Source: Marsupella aquatica (Eukaryota > Plantae > Marchantiophyta). Taken from it: a DNA stretch of 64,000 bases. The notes under the pieces were generated by a model. The model was not told where the DNA came from and ran no database searches. It saw only the letters and a program-made list of their open reading frames with translations. Of this stretch, positions 1 to 12,450 are shown piece by piece. The stretch is taken from NCBI GenBank assembly GCA_973895155.1, contig OZ316895.1:13565186-13629185 (forward strand), read 5' to 3'. Positions within the stretch are counted from its first letter, which is position 1. Each line of letters starts with the position of its first letter. Position numbers and translations under genes: made by a program.

Positions 1-1684
1 GAGCAGCGTCTTCAACAGCTACCACCTCAATCTCCATGGGCATCAATCCACCAGTCGCCTCTTCAACTTGTGTTGGGCCTAAATTGTGGATTACAGTTGC
101 AGGAGCCACTGCTTCAACACCCTGAGGACTGACATCTTCAGCTCCATCAAGTCCTGGTCGAGAGTACATGTTGGTCACAATCGACTCATCTGTTACAAGC
201 ATCAACCGGAAAACATCAGAAATTGTCTCAATTGCAAAGTTGTCAAGCAATAATTGCAGAATGGGACTAAGAACATATTTAACTTCGTCTGCCTTTGGCC
301 TTTTGTTTGGTGATAAATCATCCTCAAGGCCTTGGATGACCTTCTTCTTGAACCGATCCGTTTCTTCCTGACATTTGCCTTGAAAATCTGAGGACCCGTT
401 GGTACAATTTTGGGCAGCCCTTACCTTGGAGTCTGTGCTGCGATCATACCAAGCATAAGCACCCTGGCATTTATGCCCAACTTATTAGCATGCCAATAGG
501 TGCCGGCACTCCTTCAGTAGCCATACGTGTAACACAAGTGGTTCTACCGGACTTATTTGATACGCCTTCCATCAATAGACCACATTCTATGTGAATCTCT
601 TTCACTATGCCACTTAAGTTTTTGACTGACACGCGTTGTGTTGAATACCAAGCATGCGTACGTGGACTGTCGATGCACTGATAGAACAGAAACAAACCAG
701 CAATAGGTAAATGAGATATTAGTCTTTCTCATTGTGGAAACCATGTCAGGATCGTAGCTCGTTATAGCTGGGAAGAAATGCTCATCTTGATAGCGTTCAA
801 GACCAACTTGGTAATTCTTTGAGAGTCTCTCATTGTATCTCACGTAATGCCCATTGTCATCAGTACCCAAAAGAAAGTCGCTCTTAGCAAGCAGATGTAG
901 CTCAACACCTCCTCGAATGGCAAACCAAAATAACAGAAGGTATACTGCCCAACGTTGAAGGCCTTGGGGATGAACAATGGCTATGCATTCATGAATGAGT
1001 CCATATCGTGGCCTCATCAACTAACAAAATTATAGATGCCTTCTTCCGAGGCATATTCGCACCATTCCTCCTCAATTGTTCCATAGCTAAAACACAAGCA
1101 ACCCCTACGTGCTTGAATAGAGGACTCTCGCGCATGTGGAAGACAGGTTTGTCTTGTCCGCTTTCACTTACTCTGACTTCTTGTCTTTGTCTAATGACTC
1201 TATGGAAAGCGCGATATAATCCCATAAGAGTTTGAGTTGGATAGAGAGTCTCGTCTTTCTTACAAACCTGCTCAAAAAAATTTGTCAGCATCTTGTTGCA
1301 TTCGTGTGCAAGGAGATCCTCAAAGCGAACACTACTGTCCCAGCCTTTAAACTCTCAAAAATGATTCACTCTATTGATTGCCCATTGATCGACAGCTGTG
1401 CTTGGATTTGAACCACCCTCGGCAAGGGACTTCTGGAAATTTGGATCCTCCTCCAAAAACTCAATAGGCGCTTGACCAGGCACAATAATAACGAGAGGTA
1501 CCTTCTTTGGACGCTCATCCACATGCAGGGAATCAAGAGTGGCATTAAGCTGCAGCAGCTCTGCCTCACATTCATCTATGTTGACCGCATTGCTCATCGA
1601 CGAGATGCTAGACTTATCATCCTCCTCTGGGTCTGCAATGCCCTTCAACTTGGACATACCAATACTAAATGATGCGTGAACCAT
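1..1684 (-). pseudogene. Degenerate DUF3504/Crypton-like tyrosine recombinase gene
   Basis: Collinear ORF fragments (1355-1684, 989-1291, 553-1020, 471-695) give WAINRVNHF..LTNFFEQVCKKDETLYP..KKASIILLVDEATIW..PQGL..FWFAIRGGVELHLL..YNERLSKNYQ..WYSTQRV..VSNKSGRTTCVTRM..GVP. After a frameshift near 480 comes GHKCQGAYAWYDRS (H and catalytic Y). Several stops and frameshifts; the C-terminal part continues toward the window start. Confidence 0.7.
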
Positions 1685-2100
1685 AATCGATCACGGAAAT
1701 TCAAAGGCGCGCAAAAGGCAAGGCATCAGAATCTCCCCTGACAAATTGATGACAAAAGTGCCAAACGCATGGCGTCGATTGAGTTGACTGAAATCGAGCA
1801 AGTTGAGAGAGAGCAAACCTGCTAACAGAGAGTGCACACAAAGTCACAAACTCAATGCACACACCGACGCCAACAAAAAGTTTGTGAAGTGGATTCAGGT
1901 GGTCCATCTTCCCTGCCTTATAGAAAGCCACGTTGCCTGCAGCCGGGACAGAAATGACCATCACCGTTAGATCAAGACCATGTAGCCGCCTTCCAATCCA
2001 CGCCATTCGTTACTTTTCACGACCAGGTATTGCAGCGTTGCAAACTCAGCCATCAATTTCAGATCGTCCGTTGATGAAAGAATGTGTGTACCTTAACGTC

Positions 2101-2218
2101 GATTAGGGGCTTGACCTTCTCATTATGGGGTACGGGCCTGCGCATATGCGTCGGCCCACAGGGCCTCCACATACACTTGACCCTATACCCCATAATGGGG
2201 CAGGTCAAGCCCTTAATC
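2101..2218. repeat. Imperfect inverted repeat (about 36-38 bp arms) with internal palindrome
   Basis: 2101-2136 gattaggggcttgaccttctcattatggggtacggg matches the reverse complement of 2181-2218, gattaagggcttgacctgccccattatggggtataggg. Palindrome cgcatatgcg at 2141-2150. Confidence 0.85.
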
Positions 2219-2968
2219 CTATACTTTTCAATTCTCACCAGACATAAGATGTAGGGTGGGTGTTACAGCCCATGGCCCTGAATGATTCTTAAACTACCCC
2301 TTCAAAGAAGAGGACAACTTTATCTTGGTAAAAGCTATGCTGCATCAATTCAAACACACCAAGAGCCAATGTAGCTTTAATAAACTCAGCTGGTGCCTTT
2401 GGACATACACTCCGGTAGTTTATCCTTGATCATAAAATCCAAAGATAGATTACCATGCCAAAACGTATTTGATGGATGTCGACAAAAATCTTCCCTGGTC
2501 CACTCACAATAATTATTATTGTAGCTACTAGGTGGTCTGCGTAATTGGTTGTGTTTCAAATTCTCCTTATCCAAGGTATAATTCCTTTGGTCCATCTCAT
2601 GACCTTCCCCAATCAGCGGAGCAAGCCAAACACCATCCCAAACATCTCATCATCAAGAGCACCAAGATAAAGCCCTCCAACCCCCCCAATCACCATAATC
2701 GATCCTCAATCATCCAGACACAAGGAACACCCAATGTGAATCTAAATGGTGACAGGATCCAAAACCACCAAGCACAAAGTCTCCTTAGGAAAACACTTTC
2801 CGAAGAAAGTACGAGACAAAACAAAACTTTGTGCTGCGCTCAAACCGCGTCAAAAACCAAATTTGAATTAACACACATAAAAACCTTCACAGTAGGAGGC
2901 ACACTCCCACAAACCACACAAATAACACTATTCCTGAAAACAAGATAAAATTCCCAATGTCCGAGCTC

Positions 2969-3290
2969 TGTAGGATCAAAATGGACAGCATGACATTTCA
3001 TAATCATCATTCATTCAACACTCAAGTACACTGACACAAAGATACATGGTTCACCCCGTCAGGGCTACATCCATGGCCACACCAAGAGCTTCACTATGAA
3101 CATGAAAAATACATATCACCATAGCTCCATGGTCCAAGCTCTCTCTCTCTCTCACAAAGTTCTCTTCTTAGTGTTCTCTCTCCATGGGATACAAATAGGG
3201 TTATCCCTTCATGAAGAGTCTAGTCAACTAATGTTACTCCGGTTAACTTACTCTAGTTAACGTAGCCAAGATTGAGTCAAAACCCTAACA
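2969..3290 (-). repeat. Copia 3' LTR
   Basis: TG...CA ends; direct repeat of 9312-9638; followed on + by aacttccctt (PPT on minus). Confidence 0.93.
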
Positions 3291-3346
3291 AACTTCCCTT
3301 TTTTACTCTAGCTTTGAGCTAGCTGCTAGCAATTTGAAGCTAAGAT

Positions 3347-5270
3347 CTACAGTGAATTGCAATGTCTTGCAAAATCACCATGAGGGATAACCTTGGTTAA
3401 CATGTCAGTTGGATTGAGTTTACCATCAATCTTGACTAGCTCAACCTTTCCTGCTGACACTGCCTGTCTGATGAAGTGATATCGGATATCAATGGGTTTA
3501 ACTCTGCCATGTGTCATTTGGTTGACAACAATGTGTAAAGCACTATTGCTATCACAATGGAGAAGCACAATGCGTTGTGTAATCCCCAAATCCTTCACAA
3601 GTTGCTTAACCAAATTACCTCCTTAGCTGCTTTAGCTGCTGTCACATATCCAGCTTCAGTAGAAGACTGAGATATGCATTTATGTTTTGTGGACCTCCAA
3701 CTTACACACCCACTTGCAAGAGTGAAAGTGTATCCTGAGGTGGACTTCCTCTAGTCCAAATCTCCTCCATAGTCAGAGTCGACATAGCCAATCAATGATT
3801 CTACATCTTCAGTGTGTGCATCAAACAATAGTCCAACAGTAGACTGAGGTTTCCTATAGATAACGTACGAGTATCCACTTCATTGTTTCCCAATGTATAT
3901 TTCCTGGATTAGCCATGTACATGCTCACCAATCCAACAACATATGCTATATCGGGCCTGGCACATACCATAAGATACATTAAACTGCTCACAACACTATC
4001 ATAGGGAACCTTAGACATATGACCTCTCTCAATTGCATCAGCGGGGCAGGATGCAGCTGAAATCTTGAAATGTGACACCAAAGGAGTACCCACATACTTG
4101 GCACTTGCCATATTGAGCTTGACAAAAACCTTATTAGTGTACTTATTTTGTGTCAACCACAATTTGTCATTTTGCCTATCCCTATGAATCTCCATGCCCA
4201 ATATGCACTTAGCAGCACCCAAATCTTTCATACTAAACTCAGAGCTCAATTGAGCTTTTAGCTTAGTAATGTCAAATTTATTCTTTGCTACTATGAGCAT
4301 ATCATCCACATAAAGAGCTAGCAAAATAAAACCAAAAGTTTCATCATTCACTTTCTTCATATATAGACAACAGTCATGCGCACTTTGAATAAATCCAAGT
4401 GACAACATAAAATCTTTGAACCTCTTGTTCCACTATCTTGGACTCTGTTTCAATCCATACAAGGATTTTAACAGTTTGCACACCAGATGCTCCTTGCCTC
4501 TTTTGACATACCCTTCAGGCTGTCTCATGAAGATCACCTCGTCCAACAAATCATATAGGAAAGTTGTGACAACATCCATTTGTTCCAAGCAGAGATAAAA
4601 AATAACCACAAGTGCCATGAGTAAGCGAAGGGTATGTTAGATATTGCTCTAGTCTTGTGACTCATGAGCTAACTACAGTTAGGCTAACTCGAGTTAGGAC
4701 TTAGCTAATGTTAGCGGTAGTGCTGTTGTGCATATAGCCAGGGCTGGTGCCAGACCCTGGTGGAACTTAGGCTCATTGTTACGGAGCTAGTTGAGAGATA
4801 GGAAGAGCTTGTGCTGTGGATGCTTGGTATGGCCGGTCGGTCTAGAGTGCAGTAAAGCTCTTGTGTGTTCCCGTGGACATAGCCTCATGTGGAGGTTAAC
4901 CATGTATCTCTCTGTGTCGACTATTGTGCGTTGGATGGTTCATGGGCTTGTTGTTACGAATATCGTCTATGCTCAACAGGGTAGCCTGTGTGATCATTGG
5001 AGAAAAGACATCACTATAGTCCATAGCATTGCGTTATGTGAAACCCTTAGCAACCAGCCTTGCCTTGTAAATCTTCTCTTTGTAATATATCAGTACCTCC
5101 TTCTTTCACCTTATACACCCACTTGCAATCAACTGCTTGCTTTTCGTGAGGCAACTCTTCTAGTTGCCAACTCTTGTTGTCATAGAGTGACTTCATTTCC
5201 TTATTCATGGCGGCAATCCATTTTGGCTTCTCAAGGGAAGTCATGACCTTTGAATAAGTAGATGGTTCTT
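3347..5270 (-). pseudogene. Copia reverse transcriptase and RNase H, interrupted by a solo LTR
   Basis: CKWVYKVK, QMDVVTTFL, LLKSLYGLKQSPR, LYVDDMLI, MKDLG, RPDIAY, CDSNSA..IDIRYHFIR. Confidence 0.9.
4635..4978 (+). mobile_element. Solo LTR nested in Copia RT
   Basis: TGTTAG...CAACA ends with a perfect 5-bp TSD GGGTA (4630-4634 and 4979-4983); RT sequence resumes on both sides. Confidence 0.9.
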
Positions 5271-5500
5271 CATCCTCAATAATCAACACATTCCTAGAAT
5301 TGTCAACATCATCATCATCAATATCCATGTGATCAGATGGAAACTAAGTTCCAAACCATGTAGGCTCCTTGTGAGGTCTTGATGAAGATCTCCTTGATGA
5401 TTCTGGCACTTCAGCAGCTGGTTTTGATGCTGTTGGTACTGGTGTTGGCGCTGATACTAGTTCATGAGCATATTCATGCTCAATCTCCCCCTCAATCTTG

Positions 5501-6523
5501 TCAACATCTAGAGTTTCCACCATTTTCTCTCTCTTTCAATGAGAAAACCTCATTGAATGAGACATCGATGCTGACTACTAGCTTTTGTGCCAAAGGGTCC
5601 GATAGGCAATACCCTTTCACTCCTTTCTGATAACAAAAAAATATGCACTGCACAGACTTTGGATCAAGTTTAGTGCATGATATTGGAAGCAAGAGAGCAT
5701 ATACCTCACAATCAAACACACGTAGTTTGGTATAATCAGTAGGTCTTTGGTGCCATATCTCAAAAGGAGTCTTACAACCAATATTGCTAACTGGAGATAC
5801 AGTTAGCAAATAAGCTATCGTATTAATAACTTCAGCCCAAAAGATCTGTGGAAGACCTACTTGACTTAGCATACTCCGTGAACGCTCCAACAAGGTTCTG
5901 TTGAGCCGTTTTGAAACATCATTTTGTTGTGGAGTATACACATTGGTCAAATATTGAGTGATGCCTTCATGCACACAATAGAGGTTGAACCCGTTGGAAA
6001 TATACTCACCGCCGTTGTCTGAGCAGAGATACTTCACCTTCTTTCCAGTTTGTGTGTCAACTTGTGTTTTCCACTTCTTGAAGATTGGAAACACCTCCAA
6101 CTTCTCACGCATGAAATAAATCCAAATCATGTGTGAATAGTCATCAATAAATGAAACATAGTATTTCATGTCTGAAATGGAAAGAACTAGGGATTCCCAC
6201 ACATCAGAATGAATATAATCCAGTATATCCTTGGAAGTATGATGAGCAATGTTAAAACTGACACAATATTGCTTGCCAAGAATACAATGCTGACAAAATT
6301 CCAGTTTGCAACTGTTTGCATTGGGCAAGAGTTTGTGCTTATACAGCACCGCCAATCCTTGTTCACTCATGTGACCTAGTCGTGCATGCCACAAGCATGT
6401 TTGATCCTCCTTTGATGAAACCACATAATTAATATTGCCAAGGATGGTGGCCCCATCCAAGATATACAAATTTCCCTTCTTTTGGGCTTTCATGACATTG
6501 AGAGATCCCTTCTTGACTTGCAA
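5501..6523 (-). pseudogene. Copia GAG-pre-integrase plus integrase (rve)
   Basis: LWHARLGH..CQHCILGKQ, IHSDVW, SDNGGEY, TPQQN..KRLNRTL, KLDPKS. Confidence 0.9.
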
Positions 6524-6943
6524 AATGCCATCAACTGTACTCTACTGACATCTAGCAGTGTCCAAAGCTCCAAGAGAAATCAAATTCCTTTTGAGATGAG
6601 GAATATGTTTGACATTTGTTAACGTTTGAAGAATGCCATCAGATATATGAACTTTTACTGTACTGATGCCAATTATCTAGCAGGGTTGATCATTCCCTAT
6701 CAAGACACTTCCGGTAGTGGATTCATAGGAATGAAAGAAAGCTCTTGTCAGAATCATGTGATAAGAACAAGAAAAATCCAAAATCCAATCAAGTTCATGC
6801 ATGATAGAAGAATCGGTGCACAAAGCAAATCCTTCATCATCACACACAACCAAACTAGCCTGATGAAAAACAAGCTTTGGTTTGTTTTTGCAATTCCTTT
6901 TGATGTGGCCTGTCTTGCCACAATTTCAACACTCCACATTTTT

Positions 6944-7711
6944 TTAATCCAAAGTCTTGGATTGAGAGTGTTGAGGAATTGATATTTTTGGTTTAAACCG
7001 ACTCTTGGTTACTGACAAAGCAGAAGTGGAAGTATGAGAGGTTACATGCATTTTCTTCCTACTGTCATCCGCAAGAAGAGTGCTCAATGTCTCATCATAG
7101 GAAATCTGATCCTTACCATAGAGTATGGTCTGAGTCAAATGCTCGTACGATATGGGCAAGGAGATAAGAAGAAACAAAGCTTTCTTCTTGTCTTCAACTT
7201 TTTCATCGAGGGTGGCCAACCCGGACACTATCAACTTAAAGGCATCAATATGATCAACAAGTTTTGTACCTTCCATCATGTGCAGTGTCATCAACTTCAA
7301 GGTTGTGTATAAGCCAGTTGCCAAGAATTTCTTTTGGTACATGTGTTTGAGTCGTTCCCATAACTTTGTAGGTGAATCCTTAGTCAACACTTGGAGTAGA
7401 ACATCAGATGCCAAGTGTAATCGGATTAAGCTGAGAGCTTGTGCACAAATGTCCTCCCAATCCTCCTCAGACATCGTCGATGACTGACTTTTCAATGCTG
7501 CGCCCAAACCTTGCGAAACTAACACGTCTTGCATTTGAACTTGCCATAACGTAAAATTATTGTGGTTGGTAAACTTCTCCACCTCATATTTTGCACTAGT
7601 AACTTTTGATGGAGCCATTATATATCCTTGGGACCTTAAAGTGTCAAAAATCACTTTGCAGCTTCTCAATTTCATGCAAATTTGCACAGCAGCACATGAC
7701 ACATCAGCCAC
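6944..7711 (-). pseudogene. Copia gag (UBN2-type), likely starting at MAPSK
   Basis: KYEVEKFTNHNNFTLWQVQM..ALSLIRLHLASDVL..KLWERLKHMY..LLISLPISYEHL; the zinc-knuckle/protease region follows with frameshifts. Confidence 0.85.
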
Positions 7712-9311
7712 AAAATGACCAAAAATGAAATTTTCTTAAATTGAAATCCAAGAGCACTCCTGGGTACGCTAGAAGGTATCGGATTTTGTCTTAAAATCTG
7801 TTTGCCAAAAACATATCTCAGTTGAGATATTTTTACCGCCGAGTAAGGGGGGTCAAAACGTAAAAATTGGACCCTCAAGGAGAATCAATTCACTTAAATT
7901 TGCAAGCAAAGTTGGTTTGACAAATTGTTTGCACAAGCCTCTACTCAACTCCCTCAAGTATGCCCTTGCAAAATATTGTGTCGATTTAACATCGGATAAT
8001 TTGCCAAAAATCCAATTCCGTCGCAAAAACAAGCTTGCTGGAAAAATATTTTTTCCTTAGATTCCTGCAACCCTTGTACAGGCCTAGTAGGAAATTTTTT
8101 CAGAGTTGCCCAGAGGCTGCCACGTGCCCCCTCAAACCCCCTATCACCCCCCTCGACCATTTTTTCACGTCCGCGCATCATCCCGCAAGAGTAAATACTG
8201 GTGGCAAACTTACCCCCTCGGGGGGGTCACTATATGGAGGGCCATACATCGCGTGCAATATTTTAGGGTTTGACCCCCCTAACTTATAAGTGAAAAATAT
8301 TTTTTTATAAAACCCTTTCTTTCTTTAAATTTTGTCATTTTTTACTAAAAAACCCCTAAAAACTTTAAAGAAAATATTTTTTACAATTAAATAAGCCTAG
8401 GTGTTCTTTAAAGTCAACCAGTCAATAAAACATGCCCTATGTGTCCTTCCACCAAACTTTAGAAGTCTTCCGCCACACCCATTTAAATGGGCCTATACTT
8501 CATCGCACGTGATGTGTCACTTCCGTGGAAGTGACCCCCCTGAGCTTACCCCTCGGTGGGATATCTAAGATATCTCTTTGGGGTTTTAAACCACAACTTC
8601 CCCTATATAAGGGGAAGTGACCAAGACCTCCCCCTTTTTCCACATTTCAATCACTGTTCTCCTCTAGCATGCCAGTTTGCTCCACAATTTCAGGAAAAAT
8701 CTCCTTTTAATGGTAACTACGGGTAACTCATAGCTTTTGAAGAGTAGTTGTGCTTTAATGAAAAGCAAAACCAATTTCAGATTCTGAAACTAGACTTCAA
8801 GGCGCTTCAAATCGATATAAGGAACTCTAAAAATGGTGAAGAATTGAGAGAGATAAAATTTGGATAAGATTGTTGATTTTGACCTAGCCACTATAGCCAG
8901 GACTTTCAAGCTCAACTCAATCCAATATTTCTTCGCGATAACTCATTGAAACACATTGATTTCTTCACCACCGTATTCCATCGCAACACCACTCACATCA
9001 ACTTTCCTTAAATGATCACTAATGTCTTACAAGAAACCAAAATCACATCTCGGAAGCCACTTTTCCCTCGGTAATCAAGTCGGGACCTCAAAAATTGTCG
9101 AAAAACCGTCTAATATGAAAATTGAAATTGCTCAGCCATATGTGAACAATCTCTCAACTAAACGTGCAAGTTTCCATTCCATAGACCTCCTTATCCAATC
9201 ACCACTTAGTATGTCAACGTTCACACTTCCACCATGCCCCCAAAACTATCAATCGATCACGATAAGCTGTTGAGACATCAACTGATCCCAAACCAAAACT
9301 CTTATACCAAT

Positions 9312-9638
9312 TGTATGATCAAAATGGACAACATGACGTCTCATAATCATCATTCATTTAGCACTCAAGTACACTGACACAAAGATACCTGGTTCACCCC
9401 GTCAGGGCTACGTCCACGACCGCACTAAGAGCTTCACTATGAACATGAAAAGTATATATCACCATAGCTCCATGGTCCAAGCTCTCTCTCTCTCTCTCAC
9501 ACAAAGTTCTATTCTTAGTGTTCTCTCTCCATGGGATACAAAGAAGGTTATCCCTTCATGAAGAGTCTAGTCAACTAATGTTAACTCCGGTTAACTTACT
9601 CCAGTTAACCTAGCCAAGATTGAGTCAAAACGCTAATA
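9312..9638 (-). repeat. Copia 5' LTR
   Basis: Matches 2969-3290 with scattered substitutions and a (CT)n length difference; terminal CA mutated to TA; PBS adjacent. Confidence 0.92.
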
Positions 9639-9894
9639 AGCTCCGCCAAAACTAGCCGTGCCCAACATCCCTCTTTTGATTGCGATCCCCTCTCTCATCA
9701 TAACCTTTTTATCAGGATAAACAGGAGAATGCACTAGGCAGAGAGCAGAATGCATTCCCCTGATGAACTCAAATATAAAATAATGCCCTCCGCAACTTGG
9801 ATGATGTAATTTCTGTGGACTTGACATAAAGCTGGAAACTTTGGTCATTAAATCTGTTGCAACTCTGCAATGGCAAAGTATTCAAAGTGCTCCT

Positions 9895-10220
9895 TGTAAC
9901 AAGAGCAATGCCGTATGAAAAACATGATTTTTGGTAGCGTCACATCCAAAAAATTACTCGAAGCGCTTGTTGTAACAAGAGTAGCGTTCTCTGAAAAATA
10001 TGATTCATCAACAACACTCTCCCAAAAACTTTCAAGTGGCTCTATAACAATAAATTAGTCAAAAAACTATATATAACAAGAACAATGGTCTCTGAAAACA
10101 GTATTTTGCAATAATTCTTATGCAAATTAAAAATTTCCTTGAGCTCTGCAATGAAACAATTGCTATAATCTAGGTAACAAGAGCAATGCTCTATGAAAAC
10201 CAAGATTTTGTAACAACACT
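9895..10220. repeat. Degenerate repeats of a taacaagagcaatg..ctctgaaaa..gattt motif (4 copies)
   Basis: Motif recurs near 9895, 9971, 10073 and 10173 with irregular spacing. Confidence 0.6.
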
Positions 10221-11179
10221 TCCGGAAGTCGTATAGTCATTCTGCAAAGTATCAATGCCCTAGAATCTCAAGAAAGTGTGTAGAAAACTTATAATATTTT
10301 TGTAAAAATTGATCTTATTTGGGCTTTAGATTTTCACCCTAGCCTCGGTGCAAATTGTTTCTTTGGTTCATGAGTCATTGTGCTGCTTGCTTCCACCCTT
10401 TCGCAGGGCTTATAAACAGTAACAAAATATTTTTGAGGAAATTAAGTTCATTTGATGTTTTAGCATTGAGAAAATTACTTGAGGCGGTATGAGTAAAATG
10501 TGAAGCAGTCAATCTACTCAAAGTTTCATAAGCCATGAAGGCCAAATAAGGTATTTATATAAGGACCTAGATGTACTTTATATTTAATCTTTTTATTAAA
10601 CTCTAAAAAATGGTTGGAGTACCTATATGGAGGGGAAAGAGTATTGGAGAATGAAGCGAAGCTTTCAATGAAAGTGCTCTGCCCAGTGACAAAGTATCTT
10701 CATGACAGAATTCGTGACACATTTAGTGAGAGGGAAAATCTTTGGACAGGAGTGATGATTTGGTCATTGACAATGTACTTTATGGACAGAAAAGTAACAA
10801 TAGTATCCATGCATATTTGTATGTTTTAACCCAGTCCATCCAAGTCTCATTTATCCATGGGGGCTTTATGGACAACCTATTGGTCCATCCGGGCTTTAAG
10901 TTCAAGTTGTTGGGACTTTATGGACGAATAAAGAATGCACTTCAATTGGGCAAGAAAAACTTGTAAGGGAAAGTCACTTTTGGTGGTAACCTTCTGTGGC
11001 TGGCCCTGATCTTGAAAATAATCCCATATATACAAAACAACTCACTTTGATGATTATCTTGGGGAGGCTTCGGTTGGCATAACACAAGCCAACTAAAACC
11101 ATGCCAAAGGCAAAGGTTATGCAATAAAGTGTGCATTTCAAGAATAGAGAAATTCACAAATGCAAAAGAGCTCAGTTTG

Positions 11180-11475
11180 GTGAAAAGTTGATATCTATTG
11201 CAGAAATGGAAGGGAACTTATGGCAGAAAAGCTGAGATCTATTGCAGAAATGGAAGGAAGTAATGGCTGAAAAGTTGAGATCTACTGTAGAAAGGAAAGG
11301 AATTCCTGACACAAAAGTTGAGATCTATTCTAGAAAGGAAAAGGAAGTCCTGACAGAAACGTCAAGATCAGTTGTTGGAAGAAAAGGAAGTCCTAACAGA
11401 AAGTTGAGATTTATTGAAGAAATGAAAGGAAGAGTAGCATAATACTCTAGATCTATTATAGAAATGAAAGGAAAG
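11180..11475. repeat. Minisatellite, about 43-bp unit, about 7 copies
   Basis: gaaaagttgagatctattgcagaaatggaaggaag... repeated in tandem. Confidence 0.8.
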
Positions 11476-11667
11476 ATGTAACATTCAAAGGTATATAGTC
11501 CTGGTAAAAAGGCATTATGGGCCGTAATGCATCCCCAAAGCTAGAGTTTTGAGGTGTCATTTTGTCCATAATGCCCTCCTAAGTGAGAGTGAGTACACTC
11601 CAAGGCCTACTAGATTTTATATGTTTACTTTTTTTTTTAAACAAATGAAGGAGAAATTTCATAAGTT

Positions 11668-11830
11668 GGACCAAACCTTTCTCCATGAAGCACCAAAATC
11701 CAAAAGAGAAAAGCCACAAAGGGCATTATATCATAAAGCAAGTATTTGAAGGACCAAAACTTTCTCCATGAAGCACCAAAATCCAAAAGAGAAAAGCCAC
11801 AAAGGGCATTTTATAATAAAGCGAGCATTT
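11668..11830. repeat. About 83-bp tandem duplication
   Basis: ggaccaaa..tttctccatgaagcaccaaaatccaaaagagaaaagccacaaagggcatt occurs twice. Confidence 0.85.
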
Positions 11831-12109
11831 CAAGGCACGCAAACTAGCAACGGAGCCAAGAATTCCAAAGCCTCATTGGGTCCTGAAATCACCCACATGC
11901 ATGCCCACAAGCTCTGAAGGTGGCTTGGTCCAATGATATGAGGATGTTTTTTAGTGGCAAAATTAGCTGGATTCCACCTTCCTAAAACATCTTCACCACT
12001 TCTGGCAAAATTTCTCTAGCCTTTCTGTCTACCATTAGCCAGTTTCTCACCTAGCCATAGACCTCATTAGCCAGAACAAACAGGTCATGCTTAGATCTAG
12101 GGACGGTCA

Positions 12110-12450
12110 GGAGTGAATCTAGAAAGATGAGGTGGAGAATATTCCAAGCATCTGGAGTGAATCTAGAAAAATGAGATGGAGAATGTTCCTAGCATCTTCT
12201 CCTTCTCAGAAGATGACAATAGCCACACTGGCGAAAGTAAAACTACATTATACCTGTACACCTTAAAAGTTAAACTTGTTCATACCCATGCAACTGTAGA
12301 GAAGGAGTGAAGTACTTTCAGCTATGGCGGAGTGAAGTACTAAAAAACTCCACTGGTTGATACCCTTTGAGCTATGGCGAAGAAGTCAGGTGCTTCAGCT
12401 ATGGAGAAGGAGTGAAGCACTTTCAGCTATGGCGAAGTAGTGAAGTACTT
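12110..12450. repeat. Cluster of short tandem repeats
   Basis: ggagtgaatctagaaa..gtggagaat..agcatct occurs twice (12110-12200); ggagtgaagtac../ttcagctatggcg occurs several times (12300-12450). Confidence 0.7.

Larger units (their letters stand above)
2969..9638 (-). mobile_element. Full-length, decayed Ty1/Copia LTR retrotransposon
   Basis: LTRs at 2969-3290 and 9312-9638, 5-bp TSD AGCTC (2964-2968 and 9639-9643), tRNA-Met-like PBS (TGGTATAAGAG on minus, about 9299-9309), PPT next to 3290. Domain order is gag-PR-INT-RT-RH, with many stops. Confidence 0.95.

Noticed and set aside
2280-2968. Possible LINE remnants (also 9640-9850, 24.9-26.7 kb and 28.2-29.0 kb)
   Set aside because: Composition and a few Cys/Trp patterns are suggestive, but no RT or endonuclease motif could be read.
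11180-11475. CRISPR-like periodic repeats (also 27.3, 31.9 and 39.9 kb)
   Set aside because: Whole units are repeated with no unique spacers, there are no cas genes, and the context is eukaryotic.
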